A DNA stretch of 64,000 nucleotides from an uncultured Bacteroidota bacterium (GCA_937872515.1 CALMSX010000064.1:32560-96559), one strand, 5' to 3'; positions 18,510 to 28,218 are shown, numbered from the stretch's first letter. Translations and numbers: made by a program. The notes: generated by a model not told the origin, from the letters alone.

Positions 18510-19615
18510 TAGTCCTTCAGCTTTTGGTAAAGGCCGTTTAACTGCGCAGCTGTAGCTTGTGCAGTGAAGTGGGTATGTACATACATAGATCCCTCATCTG
18601 ATAGTTTTTGCCATTTATCAGGAACAAACATTTGTTTCATGCTTTCGGCTAAGGCCTCATGATGAGAAGGATCTACTGTAATACCCCCGGGGCCTGCGGC
18701 TTCTGGTAGAGCAGAGAATGGAGAGGTAATTACAGGGGTTCCTGTAAAAAGGGATTCTGCAATCGGAATCCCAAATCCTTCATAAACGGAAGGTAAAATC
18801 AATGCAAGGGCATCGTGGTAGAGGTCTGCTATTTCTTCGTTTTTGAGTTTTCCCAAAAACTGGAACTGTTTTTCTATGCCATAATACTGTATTGCCTTTT
18901 TAACTTCTTCGGCATAGGCTCTTCCATTGCCAACCACAAGAAACGGTATTTGAAGTTCTTTGGGAAGTTGGGCGTAGGCGTACACAGCATGGAGCAATCC
19001 TTTGCGTTCCTCAATAGTACCAACGTATAAAAAGTGTTTCTTTTGTTTGTTTCTTGACCGGGGCACAAAATAATCGCCGCAGCTCTGAAAAACAACCGAC
19101 ACCTTTTTGCCATCCAGGTGGTACCTCGATATTAAGTCATGGCGGGTAGCTTCGCTGATGGCAATGACGTGGTCTGCCTTTTTACATGAGCTTTTATACT
19201 TCCAGCGGTAAAGCCAGCGGTTGTACCACGGAAAAAAATGGGGGTACACTTCATAAATCAGATCGTGCATACTCACCACGGTGCGGGTGGCGTTTGATAT
19301 GCCAATGGGTAGTTCATGACTAAGTCCATGGAATACATCTAACTTCAACGCGTTAATGGTTTTGCTCATACCTCTTGTACGCCAAAGTGCTTTAATCTCA
19401 AAGCTGCCTGGTGTGTGGATATGGTAATCTCCCTTTAAAAAAATCTGGGTTTCGCTTGTTTCCCTAATGGAGGGTGTAAACAAGTGATATTCATGCTGAG
19501 GATAAAATCTCTTCATGTTTTTTACCAGCGTTCGGCTATAGTTGCCCAATCCGGTGTCATTGAGAAACAGTCTCTTGGCGTCAAAGCCTATTTTTAATGG
19601 TCGTATCTCACTCAT
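18506..19615 (-). CDS. Glycosyltransferase family 4 (GT-B fold)
   Basis: C-terminal EGFGIPIAESLFTGTPVITS motif region, with GT4 length and layout. Its stop overlaps the MarR gene stop at a TTAA. Confidence 0.8.
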   Translation of the reverse strand: MSEIRPLKIGFDAKRLFLNDTGLGNYSRTLVKNMKRFYPQHEYHLFTPSIRETSETQIFLKGDYHIHTPGSFEIKALWRTRGMSKTINALKLDVFHGLSHELPIGISNATRTVVSMHDLIYEVYPHFFPWYNRWLYRWKYKSSCKKADHVIAISEATRHDLISRYHLDGKKVSVVFQSCGDYFVPRSRNKQKKHFLYVGTIEERKGLLHAVYAYAQLPKELQIPFLVVGNGRAYAEEVKKAIQYYGIEKQFQFLGKLKNEEIADLYHDALALILPSVYEGFGIPIAESLFTGTPVITSPFSALPEAAGPGGITVDPSHHEALAESMKQMFVPDKWQKLSDEGSMYVHTHFTAQATAAQLNGLYQKLKDY

Positions 19616-19616
19616 C

Positions 19617-20723
19617 TCAATAAAAGACGCTGCACCCTTCTGTGCAATTGGTACATATATCTATTTCTTCCCGGCCTTTGAGTAGTTTTTTCCTAAACTG
19701 ATCATAAGTTTCGCTGTGCCAGATTTCTTTAAATCCAAGTTTCTTCAAATCGCCTAATTGGTGCGTAGCATCTTTGTCAAAACAACAAGGCACTACCACT
19801 CCATCCCACGTTATCACACAGCTATGCCACATCTTCCAGCAGGCATTGACCAACTCATGTTTTACTGACCATTTTCCATCCCCATTCTGCTTATACCTGG
19901 CATATTTTTCTATGCTGGGTATCAAATCATGGCCATTCTTATAATCGTACACCTGGGCAGATTTTAGTTTTACCTCGTCAATTCCTATCTCTTTGGCCAA
20001 TCTATATATTTCCGGGATTTGATGTTCATTGGGTTTTACAACCAGAAACTGAAAAATCAGATGGGGAGTCTTTGATTTGAGCTTTTTTTTCATGGCAACC
20101 ATGGTGCGGGCACCTTCCAGCACTTGTTCCAGCTTTCCCCCAATTCGGTATTGTTCATAGGTATCCTGGGTAGTGCCATCTACTGAAATAATGAGTCTGT
20201 CAAGACCTGACCGAATGGTCTTTTCTGCATTTTCTGGAGTTAAAAAATGTCCATTGGTAGACGTAATGGTGTAGATTTTTTTTTCATGCGCATATTGTAC
20301 CATGTCCAGAAAAGACGGATTGATGTACGGCTCACCTTGAAAATAAAAAATTAGGTACAACAACCGGTCGTGCAACTGATCGATACTGGACCTGAAAAAA
20401 TCGGCCTTAAGGTTGCCGGTAGGCCTGGTAAAAGCCCTTAATCCGCTCGGACATTCAGGGCATCTCAAATTACAGGCCGTGGTGGGCTCAAATGACAGCG
20501 AAAAAGGCAGGCCCCAAACCTTCGGTTTTTTGGTCCACCGCGTGAGGTAAAAGGAACTGATGACCAACAGGGCGTTGAAAACCTTGGCGATCGTCAATTT
20601 TTTAAGAAAGGTAACAGTGTCTGATAGGAAAAACCTCAATCCGTTGAATTTCTGCAAAAATAGCCCGATCTCAACGTATAATCTTAAAAATTTTGATTGG
20701 TGCTTTGGCAAAACGTTTGACAT
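19617..20723 (-). CDS. Radical SAM protein with C-terminal SPASM/twitch-like cysteine cluster
   Basis: CNLRCPECPSG (CxxxCxxC), FQGEPYINP and a C-terminal cluster CWKMWHSC...VVPCCFD...CTNCTEGC. Its stop is 1 nt from the GT4 start. Confidence 0.8.
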   Translation of the reverse strand: MSNVLPKHQSKFLRLYVEIGLFLQKFNGLRFFLSDTVTFLKKLTIAKVFNALLVISSFYLTRWTKKPKVWGLPFSLSFEPTTACNLRCPECPSGLRAFTRPTGNLKADFFRSSIDQLHDRLLYLIFYFQGEPYINPSFLDMVQYAHEKKIYTITSTNGHFLTPENAEKTIRSGLDRLIISVDGTTQDTYEQYRIGGKLEQVLEGARTMVAMKKKLKSKTPHLIFQFLVVKPNEHQIPEIYRLAKEIGIDEVKLKSAQVYDYKNGHDLIPSIEKYARYKQNGDGKWSVKHELVNACWKMWHSCVITWDGVVVPCCFDKDATHQLGDLKKLGFKEIWHSETYDQFRKKLLKGREEIDICTNCTEGCSVFY

Positions 20724-20824
20724 ATCGATTTAAAAACCGTTATTATTTCATTAAATCCCGACATTTGAGGCATCTTTTTAGTATTTTTAATGATCAAATG
20801 AAAAAGTGAAACGTTTAAGTGGGT

Positions 20825-22921
20825 ATGAAAGAAATTTTAAAATCGGTAATTTTTGTCATTTTGTCGCTGGTATCGTCTGCTTTGGTGGCGCAACCATCCA
20901 ATGATGAATGTCAATTTGCAAAATTTCTACCCAATGTTTCAGATTATTGCTCGTCTCCTGCCGAATTTACCAATGTAGGCGCAACGGCAGATCCCGTTTT
21001 TCCGCACAATTGTATTTCGCCCAAATTTGCCAATGGTGTTTGGTTTAGTTTTTTTGCCAGCGAACCAGCGGTTTCTATCCGGGTATTGAGCAGCGGGGCT
21101 GATGGCACCATGAGGGGCCCGAAAATCCTGCTCTTTGAAGCCTGCAATTCATTTGTTGAATGTTCTCCCGGGAAATCCAATGATGCAGATGAGTTTTTAT
21201 ACGACAAACTCAAACTCAACAGGCTTTACTACATTATGGTAGAGTCCAATGTTGGCCAGGAAGGTACCTTCAGGTTGTGTGTAGACCTGCTCAATTCAGT
21301 CAAAACCCCGGAAAGCGACTGTGACAAGGCAGTTGTTTTGTGCGATAAAAGTCCTTTTGTGGTAAGCAGTCTTACCGGCTCAGGCGATAATACCAATGAA
21401 ATAGAAAATGGCAATTGCATAACCACTGAGTTCCAATCTTCCTGGTATAAATGGACCTGCGACCAGGCCGGCACCCTCAGTTTTACACTAACACCCGGAA
21501 ACAACAGCGAGGACAACACCAAATTTATTACAGATGACCTGGACTTTGCCGTTTATGAGTTGCCCAATGGCATAGACGATTGCAGAAATAAAATTAAAAT
21601 TCGTTGTATGGCTGCAGGTGCCAACGTTGCCCCCAATGGAGGGGTGGCACCCCTTAGTCAGTGGGTTAGATGCAATGGACTCACCGGCTTGTCGTTGACC
21701 GATACCGACATTGAAGAACCTGCCGGCTGTGCCCTGGCCAACCAGAACAACTTTGCCAGGGCCCTGGACATGGTAGCGGGCAAATCATATGTTTTAATAG
21801 TAAATAACTTTTCACGTTCCGGCCTGGGTTTTTCAATAGAGTTTGGAGGTACGGGTACTTTTTTGGGCCCCAAGGTAGACTATGAAGCCATTGCCCAGGA
21901 AAAATTTGAATGCGACAAAGAGATAACCTTTAACAATCAGTCAGTATCAGAAACTGACCCCATAACGAGCTATTTCTGGAATTTTGGTGATGGCGCAGTA
22001 CCCGGCTTTTCTCAGGATTTTGGCCCCGTAGATGTAAATTATTTTTCATTTGGGAATAAAACCACAGCCCTCACAGTTACCACAACACGCGGCTGTTCGG
22101 TAACCAAGCTGGTAGATTTTTTTATCAATCCCTGCTGTAAAGATACCAGCACGCTTGAGGTAGCAGGACTGGTAAATGAAATACCCTGCGCCGGTGATGA
22201 ATCAGGCACCATAACCGGGCAAGGCATTAGGGGAGCACCTACTTATATGTACAGTCTGGATACCGTAAATTTCCAACCCAATCCACGATTTTTGGGTCTT
22301 GCGGCTGGAAACTACACCTTGTACATCAGGGACCAGAAAGGTTGTATCAATTCGGTGCCCTTGGTCTTGGTTGAACCCCCTCCCGTCATTGCAGATGCAG
22401 GGCCTGACATAGAAGTTGAATTGGGTGAAAATGCTACGTTAAATGGTAGTTATATACCCGGCACAGGTGCAGGTATCCCACTATGGTCGCCTAAAGATAG
22501 CATTGAAGATGTCAACTCTTTCACAACAGGCATTCTACCATTAAAAGACAAAACGTATACGCTGTTGGTCACCGATGAAAACGGATGTACTGATACCGAT
22601 GAGGTCCAGGTCAGGGTGCGCATTGTGAGGCCGGTGTACAGCCCCAATGTTATCCAGGTGGGCAATGGAGGGCCCAATGGCTTGTTTAAATTAGAAGGAG
22701 GCAGAGCCGTAAAATCCGTTACCAGGCTTGAAGTTTATGATCGATGGGGCAATAAGATGTATAAAGGTGTTGATCTCGATATCCGCAACCTCGACGAAGG
22801 GTGGAAGGGTGAATTCAACGGAAAAAAAGTAAATCCGGGAGTATATACCTGGATTGCCATTGTAAAATTTTTAGATGATGTTGAAATCGCTTTTTCCGGT
22901 GACGTTACAGTGGTGGAATAA
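20825..22921 (+). CDS. Secreted protein with PKD domain and type B T9SS (gliding-motility-associated) C-terminal sorting domain
   Basis: Signal peptide MKEILKSVIFVILSLVSSALVAQ and two Cys-containing N-terminal beta-sandwich-like modules. PKD signature YFWNFGDGA. The C-terminus (PNVIQVGNGGPNGLFKLEGG...LEVYDRWGNKMY...GKKVNPGVYTW) is typical of the type B CTD. Start taken at ATG 20825. Confidence 0.75.
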   Translation: MKEILKSVIFVILSLVSSALVAQPSNDECQFAKFLPNVSDYCSSPAEFTNVGATADPVFPHNCISPKFANGVWFSFFASEPAVSIRVLSSGADGTMRGPKILLFEACNSFVECSPGKSNDADEFLYDKLKLNRLYYIMVESNVGQEGTFRLCVDLLNSVKTPESDCDKAVVLCDKSPFVVSSLTGSGDNTNEIENGNCITTEFQSSWYKWTCDQAGTLSFTLTPGNNSEDNTKFITDDLDFAVYELPNGIDDCRNKIKIRCMAAGANVAPNGGVAPLSQWVRCNGLTGLSLTDTDIEEPAGCALANQNNFARALDMVAGKSYVLIVNNFSRSGLGFSIEFGGTGTFLGPKVDYEAIAQEKFECDKEITFNNQSVSETDPITSYFWNFGDGAVPGFSQDFGPVDVNYFSFGNKTTALTVTTTRGCSVTKLVDFFINPCCKDTSTLEVAGLVNEIPCAGDESGTITGQGIRGAPTYMYSLDTVNFQPNPRFLGLAAGNYTLYIRDQKGCINSVPLVLVEPPPVIADAGPDIEVELGENATLNGSYIPGTGAGIPLWSPKDSIEDVNSFTTGILPLKDKTYTLLVTDENGCTDTDEVQVRVRIVRPVYSPNVIQVGNGGPNGLFKLEGGRAVKSVTRLEVYDRWGNKMYKGVDLDIRNLDEGWKGEFNGKKVNPGVYTWIAIVKFLDDVEIAFSGDVTVVE

Positions 22922-23471
22922 GGCGCTGGGCCTTGGTTGTCTGGTTTTTTTTCTGTCATCATGCACCAATGATCTGGATGAGGTAAAAGCCATTACCCGG
23001 GCATATGATGTGTCGAAAGATGTAGGGCAAAAGGTAAAAATTATTTACAGCGATTCTGCCCTGGTAAAACTAACCATAGAAGCACCGGTCATTGAAAGGT
23101 ACAATGATCTCAATGACCCTAAAGATGTATTTCCGAAAGGCATTCTTATCACTTTTTTGGACATCAACCGAAAGCCCGAATCATGGCTCACAGCAGATGA
23201 AGCCGTCAGAGAACCCAAAAAAAGGAAAATGACCGTTAGAGGCAACGTGCGGTTTTACAACACTGCAGAAGATAAGTTGCAAACCTCTGAACTCATCTGG
23301 GATGAAAACCTGAAAAAAATCTACACCGAAAAATTCATTCGTATTACCCGGCCGTTAATGGGAGATACCATCTATGGCATTGGCTTTGAAACAGATCAGA
23401 ATTTTAAACGGATTGAAATCAAACAAAAAATTAAAGGCAAGCTGGCTGGTGGCGAGTTTATTCCCGATTGA
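22875..23471 (+). CDS. lptC: LptC-like LPS export periplasmic protein (lipoprotein-type signal)
   Basis: LGCLVFFLSSC signal and the segment TSELIWDENLKKIYTEKFIRITRPLMGDTIYGIGFETDQNFKRIEIK, which resembles Bacteroidota LptC. The start is uncertain: ATG 22875/22878 or GTG 22899, all overlapping the upstream gene. Confidence 0.6.
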   Translation: MMLKSLFPVTLQWWNKALGLGCLVFFLSSCTNDLDEVKAITRAYDVSKDVGQKVKIIYSDSALVKLTIEAPVIERYNDLNDPKDVFPKGILITFLDINRKPESWLTADEAVREPKKRKMTVRGNVRFYNTAEDKLQTSELIWDENLKKIYTEKFIRITRPLMGDTIYGIGFETDQNFKRIEIKQKIKGKLAGGEFIPD

Positions 23472-23548
23472 GCCTTCTAAAATGCCGAACAGGTAAAAAG
23501 GAATGGTTACAGGGTGGGAGAATCAAGTCCCTCTTCGTTTTTATGGTG

Positions 23549-23556
23549 TATCTTTG
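23549..23556 (+). promoter_or_regulatory. -7 box TATCTTTG upstream of the lipoprotein gene
   Basis: Lies 15 nt before ATG 23572. Confidence 0.5.
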
Positions 23557-23571
23557 AATAAAATATTTTCT

Positions 23572-23979
23572 ATGAAAACTCTTATCCTCACTTTGTTATC
23601 AACGGTTTTGTTTTTTTCATGTAGCTCTGATGACACCCTTGTCAATATAGATGTGTCTGATCACAGCTGGGTGGTGACCAAAAGCACCAAAGATGGTGAA
23701 GATAGGACCGCCAATTTTTCCGACTATAAATTTGAATTTTTGGTGGGTGGCGTTCTGACGGCTACCCGGGGAGGTTCAGTAATAAAAGGCAGTTGGACTA
23801 GACTAAATGACAGTGGAAAGACCAAATTGATCATTCAGTTTGACAATCCCGATTTTTTTAGAGAGATCAGTGAAGACTGGGTAATAGTAAAGGAAAGTAA
23901 CGACGTGCTTGAACTTTCGGATGGTGACAATGGAACCATCACTGGCAAAGATGTGCTAAATTTTAAAGCAGGTAATTAA
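23572..23979 (+). CDS. Small lipoprotein (hypothetical)
   Basis: MKTLILTLLSTVLFFSCSSDD lipobox. Start moved from 23503 to ATG 23572, which follows the -7 box. Confidence 0.55.
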   Translation: MKTLILTLLSTVLFFSCSSDDTLVNIDVSDHSWVVTKSTKDGEDRTANFSDYKFEFLVGGVLTATRGGSVIKGSWTRLNDSGKTKLIIQFDNPDFFREISEDWVIVKESNDVLELSDGDNGTITGKDVLNFKAGN

Positions 23980-23982
23980 GTA

Positions 23983-24609
23983 TTACAGCAATTCTTGAAT
24001 TTTTTCCCAGAGCAGTTCTACTACTTCATCAGGTGATTTGCATCCATCTATGATAATGATGTTTTCATCCTTTTTTACCTTTTCCATAGCGGCAAGATAA
24101 TTGGATCTAACCTGACTTATGCGTGCCTCATTTTCAAACCGATCCAATTGATTCCGGGATGCACTGAGTCGTTTCATACTCACTTCTACCGGAATATCTA
24201 TAAAAAAAGTAATGTCCGGCCTCTTGAGTTCGGCACAAAGAGCATTGGCACTTATTACCCAATCAAGGCTTACATAGGGTACATGATAGGCATATGAAGA
24301 CAGGTAATACCGGTCACAAATAACATGGCTGCCTCCTTGCAATAAAGACAGGATGCCATAAGAAGAGTGGGTTAGATGATCCAGCCTGTCTGCCAGAAAA
24401 AGAGCGGCAATGGTTTTTTCATCCCCCTCTATTTCTCCCCCAAGTATAGCCCTGATGGTTTTACCAATGTGGTTTTTGGTCGGCTCAGCAGTGGCATGGC
24501 AGGGTAGTCCGGCCCCTGCCATCTTTTTTACGAGGGCCATGACCAGAGTGGATTTACCGGCACCATCGATGCCTTCCAGGGCGATAAATTTACCGGGATA
24601 TAGTGCCAT
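23983..24609 (-). CDS. tmk: Thymidylate (dTMP) kinase
   Basis: P-loop FIALEGIDGAGKST, DRY-like region and 208-aa length. The start overlaps the upstream stop as TAATG. Confidence 0.9.
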   Translation of the reverse strand: MALYPGKFIALEGIDGAGKSTLVMALVKKMAGAGLPCHATAEPTKNHIGKTIRAILGGEIEGDEKTIAALFLADRLDHLTHSSYGILSLLQGGSHVICDRYYLSSYAYHVPYVSLDWVISANALCAELKRPDITFFIDIPVEVSMKRLSASRNQLDRFENEARISQVRSNYLAAMEKVKKDENIIIIDGCKSPDEVVELLWEKIQELL

Positions 24610-26036
24610 TATAATTTACTTACCCACTTGAGCTCAATAAGCTCGCTGGTATTGTAATCTGATTTTAGAATCACTTCTTTGTCTTCTCCTCTGTACGTAT
24701 ACCGGATGCCAATGGTGTTTGGGGGTCTTTTGCCTACATTATCTGCGTGGAGCAGAAGGAAGTTGCGCCCCTCTTTGTTTAACTGGAGTTTAAATTTTTT
24801 GGAACCTCTTTCCAGCTCTACCTTCTCCAGGATCCAGTCGCCGTTGTAATTGATCGAAACGATATCACCGTCAACCACCATATGGTCAAACAATTCGATG
24901 GTGGCAACCTCTTCATCAATCCGGATGCTTTTTTCTTTCATAATGATCCTGGATTTAATAGAATCGGGTAAAAACTCTACAAATGGGTCTGAAGAACGAA
25001 TGACTTCCAGATTGTCAATTTTTCTGGGATAGATGATCTGGAAGATATGGGGCATTTCGGTAAGCTTAATCACCGGCAAAGAAGCGGCCTGGATGATATT
25101 GTTGAGTTCTGAAATTACTCCGGTACCGTAGTAGTTGTTTTTGTCTAATAACTCAACATTGTAATAGAAATAAAACCTGCCATAGAGGTGGTATTTTTGA
25201 GGTATGCTTTCGTGCTGTTGAAAAGCCCTTGCACTAAGACATAACTTATTAGCCGAATGAATGGCATTTTCAAAATGGGTGTTGATCTGGGCCTGGGTAG
25301 ATTTTTGGGCGCTAAGGTTGTCTACCCTCATTTTAGATAGCCTGGCGATTTCCAATTCTTGCGCAGTCAGCAGTTGTTGTAGGTGTTCTGCATTTTTGTT
25401 TCTGATTCTGTTGAGGACGGCCCTGGTGGTTTTTTGAACTTTCACCATTTGCTGATACAAGGGACTAAAAGCGGCATTTTCAGCCTTGTATCTATCGCGG
25501 GTTGCATCCAGAATTTTTTCCATGTCCTGCTGAACAGTGTAAAAATCTTCAAAAAGTTTAACACCTTCTTCCAGTTTTTGGTACACCTTGGCGATGTTAT
25601 CTCTTTTGGTAAGGTCGATACCAATGGTAACCTTATCCATGTCGAACCTTAGCTTATTGGAGGCCTTGATGAGGGCAATCATGCGATCGGTGTACATCGA
25701 CAACAACTTATTTTCTTCTGCTGTAAGTGCCAGACTGCCCGCTTTTTTCGCACGGAGAGCCAATTCGTAGGGAGAAACGTCGTAAAACCAATGGTCAGGG
25801 TCTTCAAAGATGTCTTGCGGCAGGTCTTTGTTGGAATAATTGTTGATTTTTTCACTCTCCAGATCAACGTATTTGTTGAGTTCCAGGTTGTACTCCACCA
25901 GCAATCTGTTGACCATAAACATGCCGTGAACAGACTTATTGACAAAATCTACGTACAAGTTTAAAGCATCATGGCTGGGTGCGGCAGATGCCTTAAAGAA
26001 AAAGAGTCCCAAAATCAGACCCAACAGATATTTCAT
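24609..26036 (-). CDS. Secreted protein of unknown function
   Basis: Signal peptide MKYLLGLILGLFFFKASA, a long predicted helical region and a C-terminal beta-rich domain of roughly 110 aa. Start moved to the second Met (26036) because the -7 box sits only 4 nt from the first ATG (26060). Confidence 0.6.
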   Translation of the reverse strand: MKYLLGLILGLFFFKASAAPSHDALNLYVDFVNKSVHGMFMVNRLLVEYNLELNKYVDLESEKINNYSNKDLPQDIFEDPDHWFYDVSPYELALRAKKAGSLALTAEENKLLSMYTDRMIALIKASNKLRFDMDKVTIGIDLTKRDNIAKVYQKLEEGVKLFEDFYTVQQDMEKILDATRDRYKAENAAFSPLYQQMVKVQKTTRAVLNRIRNKNAEHLQQLLTAQELEIARLSKMRVDNLSAQKSTQAQINTHFENAIHSANKLCLSARAFQQHESIPQKYHLYGRFYFYYNVELLDKNNYYGTGVISELNNIIQAASLPVIKLTEMPHIFQIIYPRKIDNLEVIRSSDPFVEFLPDSIKSRIIMKEKSIRIDEEVATIELFDHMVVDGDIVSINYNGDWILEKVELERGSKKFKLQLNKEGRNFLLLHADNVGKRPPNTIGIRYTYRGEDKEVILKSDYNTSELIELKWVSKL

Positions 26037-26064
26037 TCCCGGAATAATTTCCCTTTTCATTTTG

Positions 26065-26072
26065 CAAAAATA
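26065..26072 (-). promoter_or_regulatory. -7 box TATTTTTG upstream of the 24609-26036/tmk pair
   Basis: Plus strand reads CAAAAATA. It lies 28 nt from ATG 26036. Confidence 0.45.
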
Positions 26073-26461
26073 AGGATTAGGCCCTACAAATTATGGAATT
26101 TCACAATATATTAACCCAAAGTCCCTCATCATTAGACGATATTGACCGGGCTATGTTACTTTTCTTTTCAAAAACCGGCTTCTAATGCGAATGAGTCAGT
26201 ACTTTGGCAAAAGGGGTTGGAATAACGAATGGTGTTGGAGCTATGATATGGTAATTAGCCGTTATGTTTAAAAAATTAGTGCTGAACAATAAAGATATGC
26301 AAAAATAAATTATCTGAACTAAGGCATTGGATTGTTGGATTTTAGCTGTTTTTTTTTGAATTTTACGATGTTCTGATTAGGGCTACAACAATAAAATTGG
26401 TTCGTTTTTTGTAATAAGAAGTTGCGAAACTCTGGTTGATCTATTCTATCAAAAATAATAT

Positions 26462-27484
26462 ATGTTTTTTAAAACAATCATACAAGGAAGGTTGGATTTT
26501 GGCACACAAAACAGTTACGACAAGGTGGCTAAAATGTTCCAGTACAGGATTGACACATATTATAAGAACGAGATTATTTTTAAATCAGAAGATATTTTTA
26601 AGCCCGAACAGTTGTCTTTAGAGATTCCCCGTTTTGTTGGGAATGTTTCTGAAAAAGCCTTTAAAAATACCACAGACCTGCTGGCTTATTGTGCACAATT
26701 TGCCGTGAGCGGCACCATTCGGTCCTGGCTGCTGGACAATGGAGAGATTCTGCAATTTGAATTGATAGAACCACAAAGTGACAAAGCAGCAGTCCAATCA
26801 TTCATCAAAGGCAGGAGCCTGGTGAGGGAATCAGGCAAACAGGATGAGGCCATTGCAGAACTCAGCAAGGCCATTGAAAAACATGATCGCCACGCCCAGG
26901 CTTATGAAAGACGGGCTAAAACGTGTTTTTTACTCAAAAACTACAACGACGCACTCAGAGATTATAACAAGTGTTTAAACATTGATCCGACGGTAGCCTC
27001 CGCCTATTACGGTAGAGCCAGGGTATTGAGCATCCAGGAAAAGTGGCAGCCGGCAATTGAAGATTACGACAATGCCATCAAAAAATCAGTAGCCCTTGAG
27101 TCAATCCACTGGAAGGCGCGTCGCTTAAAGGGAGGAGCCCATTTTGTTTTAAAAGAGTATGACAAAGCCCTTTTTGAACTCAAACTATTTGTCAACCGCA
27201 AGTTTAAAAAAAATGACCCCAACCTTGCCTGGAGGAGGTGGGCCTTATTTCATTATGGGGTAAGTTGTTTTGAAACGGGTGCCTATTTGGATGCACTTGG
27301 TGCTTTTAATGAAGCCATTGAACTGCCCGATCTTACGGACGGCATCGATGTAAGTGAAATTTTGAGGTACCGTGGCTTATCCAAAAACAAAGCCGGTAAG
27401 AGCGGAGGTATTAAAGATTTGAAAGAATCGGTAAAGATGGGAAACAAAAAATCATCTGCCTCTCTTAAAGAGATGGCCAAATAA
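26462..27484 (+). CDS. TPR-repeat protein with N-terminal domain of unknown function
   Basis: Several TPR-like units (AIAELSKAIEKHDRHAQAYERRAKTCFLLKNYNDALRDYNKCLNIDP, ASAYYGRARV...) and no signal peptide. Confidence 0.65.
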   Translation: MFFKTIIQGRLDFGTQNSYDKVAKMFQYRIDTYYKNEIIFKSEDIFKPEQLSLEIPRFVGNVSEKAFKNTTDLLAYCAQFAVSGTIRSWLLDNGEILQFELIEPQSDKAAVQSFIKGRSLVRESGKQDEAIAELSKAIEKHDRHAQAYERRAKTCFLLKNYNDALRDYNKCLNIDPTVASAYYGRARVLSIQEKWQPAIEDYDNAIKKSVALESIHWKARRLKGGAHFVLKEYDKALFELKLFVNRKFKKNDPNLAWRRWALFHYGVSCFETGAYLDALGAFNEAIELPDLTDGIDVSEILRYRGLSKNKAGKSGGIKDLKESVKMGNKKSSASLKEMAK

Positions 27485-27485
27485 T

Positions 27486-28148
27486 CTATCCGTAACTTTC
27501 CAACAGCCTGCGCTGCATTTCAAGATTGGTCTTGCGCAGATCCGACATTTTCACATTAAATATGGAAGACGTATTGCTGCCCGATGCAGCAGAAATTTTG
27601 ACAAAGCCCACTGCCGCCGTCCACCCATACAAGGTTGCCACCATGGGTTCAACTCTTTCGGATATGCTTTTATCGTCGATTCCCCTCTGAATTTCTTTGG
27701 CGGTTAACTTAAAAGGATAATTGTGAAGAGCCTGGACCTTCGGAAAGTAATTACTTTCTTTCATTGCATCGGTCAGTTTTTTGTCATCTTCGGTTATCGA
27801 CCTTATGAGTGAAAAATAATCCAATAAAACTTCTGAATAAAGAGGGTTTTCCTGACAAAAATCCATAAATCCTTCCATGATCGCCACTACACTTTCAATT
27901 CCCGGTTTGTTCACATTTGAAGCGATCAGATCATCACAGATGACTGCCAATTTTTGGAGGGCATTGTAGGTGATGGCCATGTATAGGTTTTCCTTACTTC
28001 TAAAGTAAGCGTAGAGCGTCACTTTTGTGATTTCGGCTTCCTTGGCAACTTCCTCCATCCTGGCATTTTTAAACCCATATGAAGCAAATACTTTTTCAGC
28101 CGCTTCTATTATTTTTTGTTCTTTGAGGATTTTTGTTGTTGCCTTCAT
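27486..28148 (-). CDS. TetR/AcrR-family transcriptional regulator
   Basis: N-terminal HTH ARMEEVAKEAEITKVTLYAYFRSKENL. Confidence 0.85.
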   Translation of the reverse strand: MKATTKILKEQKIIEAAEKVFASYGFKNARMEEVAKEAEITKVTLYAYFRSKENLYMAITYNALQKLAVICDDLIASNVNKPGIESVVAIMEGFMDFCQENPLYSEVLLDYFSLIRSITEDDKKLTDAMKESNYFPKVQALHNYPFKLTAKEIQRGIDDKSISERVEPMVATLYGWTAAVGFVKISAASGSNTSSIFNVKMSDLRKTNLEMQRRLLESYG

Positions 28149-28218
28149 AAAGTTTTGGGAACTCTGTTTTTAGTGAAATATCACCATTTTTTATTTTTTT
28201 GTGGTCTATGGCTGTTAA

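Noticed and set aside
19617-20723. The N-terminal hydrophobic stretch of the radical SAM protein as a membrane anchor
   Set aside because: The segment (IAKVFNALLVISSFYLTRW...GLPFSLSFEPT) resembles the usual N-terminal lead-in to the CxxxCxxC strand in this enzyme class rather than a TM helix.
26093-26185. Small ORFs in the 400-bp spacer 26061-26461 (30 codons at 26093; about 26 codons at 26186) and at 47823-47918
   Set aside because: They have no promoter box at the spacing seen for real genes and no TM helix or signal. The sequences look random.
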